Assembly: GCF_964188315.1 (NCBI RefSeq)
Contig: NC_135673.1
Coordinates: 38,068,001 to 38,132,000, forward strand
Length of the DNA stretch: 64,000 nt
Direction: 5' to 3'
Source of the DNA: Podarcis muralis
Taxonomy: Eukaryota
This document shows, piece by piece, positions 23,638 to 37,396 of this stretch. The notes under the pieces were generated by a model. It saw only the letters and a list, made by a program, of their open reading frames with translations, did not search any database and was not told the origin of the DNA. How positions within the stretch are numbered: the first letter of the stretch is position 1; every line of letters starts with the position of its first letter. The position numbers and the translations under genes were made by a program.

Positions 23638-25254
23638 CTCTCATTGTTATGGAACCCTAATGGTAACATTTATAAGTCAATCTGGGATTCACTTGTTGTA
23701 AGGACCAGCTACCCAAGACCATCCACCCAGTGGCACACTTGTCAAAACCCAGCTCATTATCAAGTGGCAAGCAAACAAAAATCGCCCCCAGAAAAGTGCA
23801 GTTCAGTAGAATGCCTATTAACTTCTAGGTGTATTCCCACCCTCTCTAGTTCTTGGTTTCTAGTTTTAGAATCCTCAGCCCAGTTCCATGCATATCTTAC
23901 ACCTGCAGCCAGAGACCTTGCAGTTGCAAGGATCCAATTTCACAGCAAAATGACTAGTCATCCCAGCAGGACCAAGGCACTCCGCATTCCCCACTTTATT
24001 TATTACACCTGCCTTTTCATCTGGGATCTGGTCCTACATTTCGCTTCCTTGGCACCCAGAGGTTTCGCTGTACATTGCCAGCAGTGGTTGCTGGAGTAAT
24101 TGGAATTGCCATGCAAACGGATTAACTGTGATATTGTTCATTGCCCGAAAACACTCCTGTGCTGTCTAAGGAAAATGCACCCTTCATTACCGAGTCTGCA
24201 GCTTCTGTTCTGGGCAATGTCATGGTAACAGCAATTCTTTTTGATTGGCAGCTTACCCTTCTGCAGTCTCCGTTATCTGCATGAATATTTTAAGTCCTCT
24301 TTCTTTGCTGCCATTTCTTTTCTTTTTCTTTTCTTTCCTTTTCCTTTTTTTGTCATGGGTAGCACTGCCCCCTCCCACCTACTGCAACACAGCAGAGAAA
24401 TAATCTCTCTATGATTTTATAACTTACTTGCTCTTTGCTCTCTCTGCTCCAACCTGCTCTTCTTCAAGCGTGCATACATGACTACAGACAAGAGCCAACA
24501 CAGCTACTTTGGACATGCCCAGAGGGATTTGTGAGGCTTCCCCCTGCTTTGAACAGCAGGACACCCTTCCACCCCCAATGCCATATCACAATCTGCTTCT
24601 GTAACATCCCTCCTGACTCCCCCTCCTTTTCTTTACATGTCCTGAACAGCTGAATTGCCATCGTCAGTATAGTTGCACGTGTCATGCCAGCATCACCACC
24701 TGACACCCTCTGGCAGCTGGCAAGTTCCCACCAAAGTGGCAAGGCAGACCAGCACTGATGCCTGCCCCTACGCTTCCCAAGCCATGCAGCAAATGGCTAT
24801 GAATTCCTGTTTTATGTTTTCTATGGTGCCCTGGAATGCCTGGAGTGGCATCATTCTGGGACAGGGATGGGGAGTCTTCTTCAGCAAAAGGGCTGCATTT
24901 CCCTCTGTGCAAAGTCTGAAGGCCACATGCTGGTGTTTGCTAGGCAATTGTGGGCAGCAGAGCCTTCATAATGGAGCTCCTTTTACAAGAACTGGGAGGG
25001 AGCTTTCTGGCTTGATGAATAAAATATTAGGGGAGGGGGTTGCTAGGTCTGAATGCCATCAGCTTTGGGGCTCCTTTTAGATGTGAAGTTATTGGATATT
25101 TTTACCTGACCTTCTGGTGAGCTTTATGCTCACATAAACATTGATGTATGTTAAATGAAGTGTGTATTGACCCTACCTGCACTGCACGTTTAAAGTAGCA
25201 TTGTACCGGTTTTTTTTTAATCATGGGTTCCCTGCCCCCCCCCAAAAAAAGAAC

Positions 25255-25846
25255 CCTAGGAAAATACCCAGACTTCCCTGACAGAGTTGCAGTTCTCAGA
25301 GTTCCTTTGAAAGAGTGTCTGACTGATAAACCACTGTGGAATTGTAGCTTTGCTGGGGGGGGGGAGGGAATAGGGGCATGCTAACAACTCTCAGCATGGG
25401 ACGCGGGTGGCACTGTGGGTAAAAGCCTCAGCGCCTAGGGCTTGCCGATCAAAAGGTCGGCGGTTCGAATCCCCGCGGCGGGGTGCGCTCCCGTCGTTCG
25501 GTCCCAGCGCCTGCCAACCTAGCAGTTCGAAAGCACTCCCGGGTGCAAGTAGATAAATAGGGACCGCTTACTGGCGGGAAGGTAAACGGCGTTTCCGTGT
25601 GCGGCTCTGGCTCGCCAGATGCAGGATGTCACGCTGGCCACGTGACCCGGAAGTGTCTCCGGACAACGCTGGCCCCCGGCCTCTTGAGTGATATGGGCGC
25701 ACAACCCTAGAGTCTGTCAAGACTGGCCCGTACGGGCAGGGGTACCTTTACCTTTACCTAACAACTCTCAGCATCCTTAAAAAACTACAGTTCTGACCAT
25801 TTAAAGTGGTATGACACTGTTTCAAATGTGTAGTGCAGATGGGGCC
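25255..25846. mobile_element. Probable Harbinger-like MITE fragment hosting a Sauria SINE
   Basis: Ends gtgtagtgcagatggggcc followed by TTA. It is the reverse complement of the element starting ggccccatctgcactgtacatttaaagcagtatcatac at about 35343. Confidence 0.45.
25398..25757 (+). mobile_element. Sauria SINE, full length, subfamily A
   Basis: Same head and tail as 21714. 17-bp TSD ctaacaactctcagcat. Confidence 0.95.
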
Positions 25847-25904
25847 TTAAGGTAATACATTGTTGTGGTATTATACCTTTTTACAAAGTATCGTTATTGC
25901 ACTA

Positions 25905-26146
25905 CAGTGGTACCTCGGGTTACATATACTTCAGGTTACATACGCTTCAGGTTACAGACTCCACTAATCCAGAAATAGTGCTTCAGGTTAAGAACTTTGC
26001 TTCAGGGTGAGAACAGAAATCGTGCTCCAGCGGCGCGGCGGCAGCAGGAGGCCCCATTAGCTAAAGTGGTGCTTCAGGTTAAGAACAGTTTCAGGTTAAG
26101 AACGGACCTCTGGAACGAATTAAGTACTTAACCCGAGGTACCACTG
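25905..26146. mobile_element. Tigger-like MITE
   Basis: TIR cagtggtacctcgggtta...taacccgaggtaccactg with TA TSD. Confidence 0.93.
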
Positions 26147-26256
26147 TATTTTGTTTAGAATGGTTTTTTTTTTATGCGAACCAAGCAACAGAAGCATTTG
26201 TGGGGAATATGGTATATAAATGAACTGGCTATGAGCTATTAGTATGATTTCAGAAG

Positions 26257-26480
26257 AAGAAGATTCCACCTAAACATTAGGAAGAACTTCCTGACAGTAA
26301 GAGCTGTTCGACAGTGGAATTTGCTGCCAAGGAGTGTGGTGGAGTCTCCTTCTTTGGAGGTCTTTAAGCAGAGGCTTGACAACCATATGTCAGGAGTGCT
26401 CTGATGGTGTTTCCTGCTTGGCAGGGGGTTGGATTCGATGGCCCTTGTGGTCTATTCCAACTCTATGATTCTATGATTCT
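26257..26480 (+). mobile_element. Young CR1 LINE 3' end
   Basis: Encodes [47 protein letters not shown] and ends in a (ttctatga)n tail. Confidence 0.93.
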
Positions 26481-28093
26481 CCTATATCTGAAGCTTCAGA
26501 GTTAACTTAAGCATCCTGACAGAGCTTGAAAACATATCTATTTTAAAATAAAATAACCACCTGGTACCTTCTCACTGTTGTTTCTTCCAGGAGCTCTCAA
26601 GAGACTTGGAGCTTTCAAGAGAGTGGACCCCCACAAGTGGCCAAGTTTTTACATAACTCAAGTAATGATTGAATCATGCCCATTTTTCCAACCAGAAAAC
26701 ACATTCACAGGAAAGCTTCACCCCAGGAGGATTACACACCTTCCTGTTGTCATTTCATTTCAGGCACTTAGATACCACTTAATAGTCAGAGTTTCTAAGC
26801 AGCCTTTAGTCTGGTAGGCACTGCCTTCTGGAACACCTTTCCAGAAGGAGGGGTGAGCATGCATGTTTGGTCCCCCAAAGCTCTTCTCCAGTTGGCAAAT
26901 GTGCCCACAGGCCCCAAAAGGTTGGCAACCCCTAGACTTACAATTGAACACATGTGAAACTGATATGGACAGGGAATAGACTGGTCCGTCCATCCCTAGC
27001 GAAAACAGAAGTAGGAGTCTGTGTGGCCTTAAGAACAAAAACTGCCTAATTTAGCTATCCTCCTTTTACCTGCATAAGAAAGTTTTAGCTATCCACCTCT
27101 ATTTAAGAGTAATGGGTTTCTCTCCCCCCCCCCCCCCTTGATATACACATAAATCAAAACTCACCGAAGGCAGCCGTGCATAAAGTGACAGCTGTTTATT
27201 TAAATTATCCTAGCCTTGGTGTGCTGGCGTCTCTCCTTGACAGACGTATGTTAAGCTATTGCATCAGAAATAGAGGCACATATTGTTTGCCATACTGCCG
27301 TAACTAGAGACTGGACAATACCAGTTGCTCAGGCAGTTGCAGCATGCCAGAGACAGATTTGCCAAGCCTTTCATTTTTTTAAAAAAAAAAAAAGAAAGGA
27401 AAAGAAAAGAAGAAAGAAAGAAAAAATGTCTCCTACAAATAAGGATTGCATATGTTTCGGATAAACATTTTGACTACATTTCTCTCAAGTGATTCTTTAA
27501 ATGACTTTTGTTAAGCAAATGTGTCAGCGAAAATAAAGGACTACTCTCAAGTTTATACATGGGGCAACAGCTAGTATGGCTTGATGAAAAGGATCAAAAC
27601 AAAAACTCCTACAGTTTATTAGCTTTGATATTATCGAAGCATCAGGACCATATTGATTGTTAGCTGCCGGAAATTCTACTGTCAGTGCAGTGAAGGCTGC
27701 TCCATTAGCTGTGTGCTGCTCTCCAAGCTCAGCCTTATATTCAGTCAGCCCCTGTGTTCTTACCTGCTTACTGAAAACCAGTCTAGGGGGTAGCACTGGC
27801 TGTTTGATTAATCTTCACTGATAAGTGACCTCTGAACCTGTTCTTCCAATTCACCAGCCTGTTCACTCATCTCTTGCCTTGACCCAGACAACAGTGGTGG
27901 TACGGAAGGAGGAGCAATAGATGCTGTTGCCTGTTTTTTCATTGGCTCTCTGCCTGGAAAGCAAGCAGGTGGTTGCAATGATGAGGAAGAAGAGTGGCAG
28001 CAGCAGCAGATGATAATGGAAATGAGGGAGAGACCGTGAATGGTGTCTTGTCGAAGGACCCACCAGGATGTGAATAGCTCTTTTTATGTTCTT

Positions 28094-28257
28094 GGGGAAG
28101 GGGCATATGCCAGTGACAGAGTATCTGCTTTGCATGCAGAAGGTCTCAGTTACAATCCCTGGCTTCTCCCTGTTTCATACCCCAGAGAAAAGCTGTTCTT
28201 CAGTGCAGTGCACACCATGCTAAAGTTCTGGACAATAGTATAAGGCAGCTTATTTCC
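28094..28257 (+). mobile_element. tRNA-derived SINE (family of 66-232), degenerate
   Basis: gagtatctgctttgcatgcagaaggtctcag...gtataaggcagctt. Confidence 0.65.
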
Positions 28258-28770
28258 TTTGTAGCAAATATGTGAGTGGGGAAAACCAATTTCATACCAT
28301 TGCTTATGTATTTCCTGAAAGCATCCAATTGGGTATTGTTGGAACAAGATGAGAACCTTTGGTCTGATCCAGCAGAGCTTTTATTATGTCCTTCTTATGC
28401 ACCATTAAAGAGTGCAAATATGAAGAATTTATCAGACCCAGTATCAGTTCAGCGAGAGATTTGGTTCTGTGTCCCTACAGTGATTGGCCTCCTTTAAGCA
28501 CACAACTTGCCTTCCAGCTTGCCTTCATCTTCAGGAAGTTGAATTGCCATTTGAGAATTGAGCAGAGGTACTTAAACTACAGTGGAACGTAATTACTTTC
28601 CATTCAAAGTGCTTTGAGGCAACAGAAACAATAATAAACAGTGAACAAAGGGAGGATATTTTTAGACCCAATCATGTTATAAAATAAAAATGATTGTGCA
28701 GACACTGGCAAGAAGGAAGTGGAAATGTCCGAGGGAGAAGCTTTCAAGGAGAAGCCTTATGGACCTGGAG

Positions 28771-28773
<3 letters not shown>

Positions 28774-28819
<46 letters not shown>
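28774..28819. repeat. (TA)n microsatellite
   Basis: Seen directly. Confidence 0.98.
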
Positions 28820-28822
<3 letters not shown>

Positions 28823-28957
28823 CCAATTTTTGCCTGTGACAGTTTCCTCCATCCCTCTTGCATTGGGTTGACACCTGAAATAATTGCCACTGGCTCACAA
28901 ATAAACAAAGGAACAGAAACAACAGTCTTGAAGATGTATTTAGATAATCTACTAAGG

Positions 28958-29095
28958 CAGGGGAATGGAATCTCTGACCTTCCAAATGTTGTTGGACTTC
29001 ATTTCCCATGATCCCCAACCAGCATGGCTAATGATCAGGGGTGATGAGAGTTGCAGTCCAGCAACATCTGGTGAGCCATAGGTTATCCACCCCTG
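28958..29095. mobile_element. Degenerate hAT palindromic MITE (family of 14022)
   Basis: cagggg...ccaaatgttgttggac...gtccagcaacatctgg...cccctg. Further worn copies at about 29790, 31970, 38950 and 42742. Confidence 0.6.
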
Positions 29096-31214
29096 CATTG
29101 AGAAGCAATAAAGCATCATGACCTCTATACTTAGCACATGCTCCCTCATCCTAATTGCCTTTCCTGTTTGTTTCAGTGGAGGCTTACCAGTCCACCCATT
29201 CCTTCCCTTGTGTGGGTCGCCTATCTCCATTAAATTGAATGTGGACTCCACATGTGCACAGGACTTCAGCCTGGCATAGCACCTCTGTGCAGCAGAAGAA
29301 GCCCAAACAATGCAAATAAATACATATAACCTTAAGAGAGTTGTCAGTGCAAAAGATTTATTCATTTAAATGAATGTCATTCCCCATGATGGTATGAGTA
29401 AAGGTAGATTTCAAAATGCATTAAGATGGCTCATTAAAATACAATAAAATGTGGTGGGTAAAAACCCTCTGCCTTTTTACAGACTTAGATGGCAATCCTG
29501 TGTCTTCTCAGAAGTAGGTCCCATTGAATTCAATGGAGCACACTCCCAGGTATGTGATGTTACAACTGCACATTACAGCACATTGTGCCCCAGAACTCAG
29601 CTCTGACATATTTGAAATATGTCTGAGCTGAACATTTCCTTCAAATTATCTTTTCACTTGAACATATGAGCTACAGGGGTGTAAACATCTTCCCCAAACA
29701 ACCCTGCCACTTACCTCATTTTGCTGCTACCACTGCCTTTTTTGTCATTCTGCCTATGACACTCCTTACAATTGTCATTCCTCATCCCCAAGAATTCCCC
29801 TGCAGCAAGGGAAGTCAACTTTGTGCCCTCCAGATTGTGTTGAGTTCCAGCTCCCATCAGCACAGCAAATTGTCAATGAGGATTTGAGTTGGGAGTCTAA
29901 TGATATCTGAAGGGCCACATGTTCCATATCTCTCTGTTCATGCGGTTAAGATGAAAAGGCACGTTGGTATTTCATGACAACTGAATAGATGCCCCAGAAT
30001 TCCTCACAATGCACTGGTGTTCTGTGGCTTGTCAGTCACCATTGAAAGTGGGAGCCCTTCCCCACCAGATTTATCAATGTGGAAACCAAGTGAGTGTTTT
30101 CTCAATCAGGGAAATAAGCCCATGTGTTCTTAGATATTTTAAGAAGGTGATAAAGCAGCCTAAAAAAAGAAGGTTTTAAACAATAAATGGACATCAAAAA
30201 GTCAACATGATCTCTTAAAGTGCATTAGGTGCAGAAATCTGCTGAATGCTGTCCAGCAATGTCAATGTTTAGTCTTACCCTTCAGGGTTTTTTATGTTTA
30301 ATTTTATAGCTTTCAGTAAAAAAAAAAATCTATTCTCCTCAATTGGTGAATAAATACTGTAACTATCTGTCATTTTCCTTGATTTGCTAGTCTTGCTATT
30401 TCACTCTGTTCCCTTTAATCTTTATTGAGTAGGGCATTAAGAGTGTGAGACCTTCTCTCACCTCATCCTCATGGCCTCTGCAATTTGATCAAAGAAAATC
30501 AATATGCTGTAACTAAAGAGACTTTACTACCTTCTGCCTGCAAAACTACCATGGCAAAGCTATGACTACAGAATAAGTATGAGACTGTATACTTAAAAAA
30601 CAAATGAAAACAAATGCATAATTCATTTGAGTGCCCATTGGTGAGTAGAACTTCAAATGGCAGGAAATGGCCCCTAGGAAGCTGCCAAAGACGTGACAGC
30701 TCACAGGAAGTGACACCTCCTGGACTGATTGGCAGGTAGGGCTGACTGACTTTGGTGGGGCTGTGCCCCATTTTCTGTAATGGACCTGGCTTCACTGGGG
30801 TCTACCAGTGAAGGCTACGGACCTTCCCTAATTATTATTCCCTGTTCCTGTGATTCCTTGGAGTTATACTACTGAGACAACCCCCAAAGGGGATCATGGG
30901 AACTCTTTGCATTGATTTGAAATAGTTATATACCTCACTTCAACATAGATTAAAACCAAAGAAATTCTAGAACACAGGGAATTATAAAATGTTAAACGAA
31001 ACAGAAGCAGCAGATAGCTGAATACTATAAGCAATTAAATGCCCTGGCAGTTTGTTCCAGACAAATATGTTATAGGGGGAGATTCATTACTGAGAAGGCC
31101 TTTTGCCTGGAAACCACCAGTCTATCTCTAAAAAATGGATGTGCTCAGAACCAGACCTCCAATGAAAATCTTTAAAGTGGAACAAGTTCATATGGAAGCA
31201 GGTGGATCTTTGGA

Positions 31215-31658
31215 TAGAATCATAGAATCATAGAGTTGGAAGAGACCACAAGGGCCATCGAGTCCAACCCCCTGCCGAGCAGGAAACACCATCAGAGCAC
31301 TCCTGACATATGGTTGTCAAGCCTCTGCTTAAAGACCTCCAAAGATGGAGACTCCACCACACTCCTTGGCAGCAAATTCCACTGTCGAACAGCTCTTACT
31401 GTCAGGAAGTTCTTCCTAATGTTTAGGCGGAATCTTCTTTCTTGTAGTTTGGATCCATTGCTCCGTGTCCGCTTCTCTGGAGCAGCAGAAAACAACCTTT
31501 CTCCCTCCTCTATGTGACATCCTTTTATATATTTGAACATGGCTATCATATCACCCCTTAACCTCCTCTTCTCCAGGCTAAACATGCCCAGCTCCCTTAG
31601 CCGTTCCTCATAAGGCATCGTTTCCAGGCCTTTGACCATTTTGGTTGCCCTCCTCTGG
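31215..31658 (-). mobile_element. Young CR1 LINE 3' end with intact ORF2 C-terminus
   Basis: ORF 31292-31639 [31 protein letters not shown]...LDNHMSGVL and tail (tagaatca)n on the plus strand. Confidence 0.95.
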
Positions 31659-32159
31659 TCCCAGATGATTTAGGGCAGGAATGGGGGCTGATTGTCCTCC
31701 ACATGCTGTTGGAGTAGAGTTTTGACCATTCCTGACCATTCACAATTCTGTCTGGGGCTGATGGGTGTTGGAGTACAGCAAGATGTAGAAAACCAGAAGT
31801 GACCCTCTCCCCACCGCCACCGTGCCTTAACACATGGAGGCTGGTTCACACATGCATTTTTATCACTGGGTGATTGCAGTGTGTATATAACACCCCTAAG
31901 CAAAGGGCTTCCATACAGACTCAACCTGGGGCTGGTTCACACATTAGTGTCCATCACTGATTACTTTATGGCAGGGATGAAAAAACCTGTGGCCTTCTAG
32001 ATGCTGTGGGAATCTAGCTTCCATTGTCCTCAGCCAACATAGCCAATGATCAAAGAAGGTGGGGGCTGTAATCCAACAATATCTGGATGGTCATTGATTC
32101 CCCACCTCTTGCTTAGGCCTTTGAAGTTGTATGAAGATGACAGAGCTGCATGTGTGTAT

Positions 32160-32552
32160 CTATTTATTTATTTCTATGCCACCATATCATGAAATAAAAC
32201 ATAAAACCACTTTAAAAAATGCAGATAATCATTAAGGTGACTGGTTATCAAGACAAAATTCAAACAGCTGTGAAATCTTGTTGGCATAAGAAAAGGTATT
32301 CAAGAGGTACTTAAAAGTCAAGAGCAAGGGATGGCTGCTGAATCGCTGCTGGGAGAATGTTCCACAGCATGGGACCAGCAGCACTAAATGTCTGACTTCT
32401 AGTTGAGGCCAGTTGGGTCTCTGTAACCCAAGAGACAAGTAGCAGCACTCCTCTGCGTGGTCTCAGTGATCAAGCTGGGATATAAGAGCTCAAATGGTCC
32501 TTGGGTTATCCTGGGCCCAAGTTGTTCAACACAAGAACCTTGAACCTGGCCC
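32160..32552 (-). mobile_element. L2-like 3' end, degenerate
   Basis: (ttta)n tail, gttccacagcatgggaccagc and aagaaccttgaacctggcc resemble L2 3' regions. Similar remnants at about 10390-10600 and 19320-19450. Confidence 0.5.
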
Positions 32553-32869
32553 TGTAGAATTCTATGGTAGAATTCCCTGCACCCTCAGCAAATTGCATCT
32601 CCCCTGGAGGCCAAATTTGCTGCCCCTGTGAATCCTGCTGCCCCTGAGTCCCCTTCTTGGGGTCCCAATTTCACTCCCCCCATCCTTCATCAGGGTGCTT
32701 CATCTCTCCAAGCTCATCTCATTCCTCTTCTGGATTTGACCATCCCCTCCATGGCATTGTGATGGGATTCATGGAAGGCCTGCTGAACTATTTTAAGACT
32801 GCATCTGAGGTGCTCCAGTTATTCCTAGGATAGGATGGCCTGACTGAGGGCCTCTGGATCAGAGCCATG

Positions 32870-33065
32870 CTCAGTCATGCTACGGACTGCCTCCTGTGCC
32901 GGAGACAGTATGCCTCTAAATAACAGGTACTGGGAATCACAAGCGTAAAGAATGCTGTTCAACCCATGAGCTTTCCAGAGGCATCTGCTTTGCCACTGGG
33001 ACAACAGGATACTGGACTAGATGGACCATTGGCCTGATCCAGCAGAACATTTTTCATGTTGTTAT
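32870..33065 (+). mobile_element. CR1 3' UTR remnant
   Basis: ggcatctgctttgccactgggacaacaggatactggactagatggaccattggcctgatccagcag matches the UTR of the 7545 element. Confidence 0.65.
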
Positions 33066-36000
33066 GCTGAGCTGCTGCCAGTCACAGTACGCATTGCTAG
33101 GTGAACAAATCTGTTATGGTTGACCATAACAACAAGGTATGGTTTGTTGTTATAGGAACAAACTGCAGTGAGCCTCAGCTTCGTACACTTACCTCTTCCC
33201 CACTTTAGTGACTGTGTGGAGGAAATTGGAAGCTTTCACCTCCATTTTGGATTAAAATGGCATCTGGTTGGTCATTGTGAAAACAGGATGTTGGCCTAGA
33301 TGATCCTTTGCACTGATCCAGCTGGCAGACTCTTTTTACATTCAGCAATCCCTTGTCTCTAGGCTTCCCACTAGACTGACCCTGAGCTTAAGGCATTTCC
33401 TTCTGAAGTTCATATCTCTAACCACTCTTGGTTGCTCTTGTCCCAGCAGTGGAATCTTCCTGTATCCCAGAGGTCCATACTCAGTAGGTACAGACTGGAA
33501 TGGAAAAGGAAGCTCAATGTGGGCAGCTCCAACACCTGCTGGGTGATTTCTCTCCCCCCACCCCCACCACCCAAAAGTAGGTGGAATAAAATATATGGCA
33601 AAGTGGCAACTTTCCAAGGAAACAGAAAGAGGGAAGAGCTGCTGGTGACTGTTGCTAATAACTGTGTGTTTATCTCAACTTCTGAAGCAGAGATTGCCAC
33701 TGTAGAGTTCTGCTGCTGTTCCTTCTACCATCTATGCTGGAGGTGAAATGGGGGCTCCACACATATTATGAATAAAATGGAGCAGCAATGGAGAATCACC
33801 CACCTCGTTGTAAGAGGATGCTCAACTTTTAGGCAGTTATTCCGTTCTTCAACCAACCTGAGCACCTCTCCTTCTGTGAGGATACCTAATGCAGCTAATA
33901 TTTCTAATTCAAGTTTCAGAATTCTGACTCTTGTGTTTGCAAGGGAGATGCAGTAGCACAGAGCAGACCAGGGGTCCCAAAACCTTTGGGTCTGGAGGCA
34001 AATTTGAACATCTAAAGAATTATTGTGGGCACAAGAACAAAACAAAAATCATTTCACAGAAAACAAACTGGTGGTGCTCAGAACTCTCACACACCCAGGT
34101 TAAACAAAGACCATTTAAAACATAGATATTGGGAAGGGCAAGTGGCCAAGAAGAGTGTCTGAGGATGTTGTGTCACCCATGGGCACCATATTGGGAACTT
34201 CAAGAGTTAACAAGTCCGCTGTTGTCTATTTTAAAAGCAACTGAACATTGTAATTCATTTCCTAGTTAACTGGCCTGGCGCTGAGTTGGTCAGATTTCTA
34301 TTCTCGGCATAGAATGTTCATCAACACATTTGCAGTGCCAATGAACAGGAGTAGCTATTAGACAGGTGCCATAATCATTTTTGCTTGTAAAGAAGAAGTA
34401 TACCCCTCTTCTCCAGAAATTAAATAGTTTATAGACTTCTGTTTACTGATAATCTGCAATGAGCATATGTGATTCCCATGGAGACTGAAAGGTAGATTGC
34501 TCAGCAGGTAGTGGTATTCTAATACTAAAATTAAGTTTTTAGTATGGATCTACTAGGGATTTACTTCAAATTAAATGAGAAGTATGAAAAACACACTTTA
34601 TGCCTTCTGGATTTCACACTGAGTAATCTTTCTATCCAAAAATGAACCACCACATATTGCCACGTTTATAAATGAAAGAAAGTCAATGGAGTTCCCAGTT
34701 GCCCTCAGAGATTGTCACAGGAGGGGCCAGTCTCACCTGTCTGTCTGCCTGTAATAGCCAGTTCCCAACATTTGATCTCTTTGTTACACACTCTAGCGGC
34801 CTCATGCCAGAGTGTGATAGAAAAATAAAGTGGGAAGCTGGCTTTGTGAGGGGAGGGGAGGAGAGGAGCAAGGCAATGTACTGGGAATGAATTAGCTCAG
34901 AGTAGATGGACATGTTTTAGTCCAGGACCTGCAATACCTCATGGGCAACCTTCTGGGAGCCAAATGCTGGTGGTGGGCATAAAGGTAAAGTGGGTAGGGC
35001 CAGAAGTAAACAGAGCCAGACTGGGACATTTTGCCACCTGAGGCAAATCAGGAAATGGTGCGCGCGTACACACACACACACTGCTGCTACCTCTGTCCTC
35101 CCCACCAGCTCCACCTCTGCTGCCACCTGAGGTGACTAGAGGCAGGTCAGGGAAGCCCAGGCATGCTGAAGGCAGTGGGGGAGAAAAAAAGAGGCTTCTG
35201 TATTTCCCAGCCTGCCACCTGAGGTGACTGCTTCATTGAGCCCCATGGGTGGGCCGGCCCTGGTGGAGAAATGGATGTGATTCTTACCTTTGCACAATAC
35301 ACTACCTTCTAGCTACAAAGAAGCCAGATGTTTCTACACACAGGCCCCATCTGCACTGTACATTTAAAGCAGTATCATACTATTTAAATAGTCAAGGCTT
35401 TCCCCAAAGTATCCCAGGTGCTTAAGGGCACTGAGAGCTGTTAGAAGACCCCTATTGTCCTTACATAGCTATGGTTTAACAATCAATCCCTCTTCTCGGA
35501 AACCTCTTGAGAATTGTCCTGTGTGAGGGGAATAGGGGTGTTTAAATACTGTTCAAAAGCTCCTCTTGGGTTACCTGGACATTTCTGTGCATCAGCTGTA
35601 CTTCTGTCACTTCTAGCCTGGACATGTAAACATCTGGCTGGGCCAAGGTCTGGAACAGCTCAGGAGATGCAAGTGTCCTGATGCCTGGGGTGTAGCTGGT
35701 CCAATTCTTGCCATGCGTTAGGAGGTTTAGCATTATCACCATGCTAAAAGCATAAGTACATAGAAATAGTCCTGCTGGATAAGACTAGAGTCCCTTCTAG
35801 TCCAACTTCTTTGTATAGTGGCCTATAGGAAGCTTGCAAGCAAGACATGCATGCCGTAGCTCTCTTGTGATCACCAGCAACTGATATTCAGAGACATGAA
35901 TACCACCCTCCTAGGAGGGTGGGGCAAGATGGGCAGGAAAAGCTACACTGTGTACTAACAATTTCTGTACTTTCAATATACACTAAATGGAGAAGTATTT

Positions 36001-37396
36001 CTTTTCGATGGTCCCGATTCCCCCACCATTCAGCTTCATTGGCTCGGTCCTAGTATGGTTGCATCTGTAGGCTCCTCCAGACAACCTGTTTATTGAGCAT
36101 CCCTCCTAATTAGCTTGCACAAAGCTTATACAGGGTTTAGACTATTCCCACTCTCTATTGACAACTCTTTCTGATTTGCTTTCAACAATAAGCATTCATA
36201 CTGATCAGTCTGTATGATTAGTATGTCATCCTGCTAATTTTTTTGTTCATTTCCTGAGCATTTCCCAATTGCTTTCCTAAGTGCATCTTGTTTATTTTGT
36301 TTATGTTTTGGATTTGTTGTGCTCGGGTGACTTTAACTGTGCACATCTAGTATACACTTGAAGCTGTCCCACAAAATACTGACAGTCTGGAGGTGACCTC
36401 CTTCCCCACTATCTGTCTGGCTGTACCATTCAACTGAATCCTTTGACTGAAGCCAGTGAGAGCACGTGCCACAGAGTGCCTGCCATTTTGCTCCATTTGT
36501 GGCTTGTGCTTTGAGCAGATGGACTCCTGAAGTGGCAAGCTCTTAAATGATTAGGGGGGTGTGCCGTAGCCTTCCTTGAAAACAAGCACGCAAGCTTGCT
36601 TCTGCCTTTGTCTTTGGTACACATTAAACCTCAGGCACATAATGATAAACCAAGCATCCTCTCTCGTTTGCTGACTTACTCTGTCACTCCAGTCCTTGAG
36701 TACCTCTTAGGAGTAGTTTTAAGGAAGCAGGAAAATAAAAGTGAAATGGAGGAGGCAAAAAAAGTAAATAAATGCACAGTTACTTTTGGGATCTGTTCCA
36801 CTTCAGATAGAAAGATAAGTATATAGAAGGCTGTATAGGGAACAATGGAATCCACACAACTCACACATATAGCAGCTTCTTTGAACGACTCAAGTATCAG
36901 CTGAGATTTCTCTGTTTAATGCTTGTAAATGCTTCAAGATCCATGGATGAAAGGTGCTGAATTTTGAAAACGCCATGCCAGGCACAGTCCTAAATAGGAT
37001 TAGTTTCAAGAACTGTATCTCATTTACAAATTGAGTAGCTATCTTGCTGTGGAATTGTGCTCCCTGTCTACCCTATTTTAGTTATCAAATGAAGAAGAAG
37101 GTCCTTTTTCTAAACAGCTAACAGCACAGCAAAGCCATGCAACCCATAAACGGTCAATAGTTTAGAGATCAGTGCTAAGTAAGTAGTGCGCAGTGAGGGC
37201 TGGGCCCATGTCATCCATAGAAGATGGTTGCTCACTTGTGTATTGCTCCTTCTGTCTTTATAGGGACCTAAGAAATATCCAGCATGTTTCATTAGATAAA
37301 GGAGAGCCACAAAACAGTACATAAATCTGTTCTCAGTGTTAGTCCAACTGCTTTGCATGCAAAATGTCCCAGGTTCAATCCTCAGTCTATCTATAT

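Noticed and set aside
23599-24099. 166-aa plus-strand ORF
   Set aside because: It begins in the antisense strand of a Bov-B tail and has no recognisable protein family.
27160-35320. Minus-strand exon candidates with strong donors (near 27168, 27763, 29713, 33192, 35288)
   Set aside because: Most have lengths that are not multiples of 3, contain stops, or have acceptors inside repeats. GTAAG/GTGAG motifs are expected many times by chance in 64 kb.
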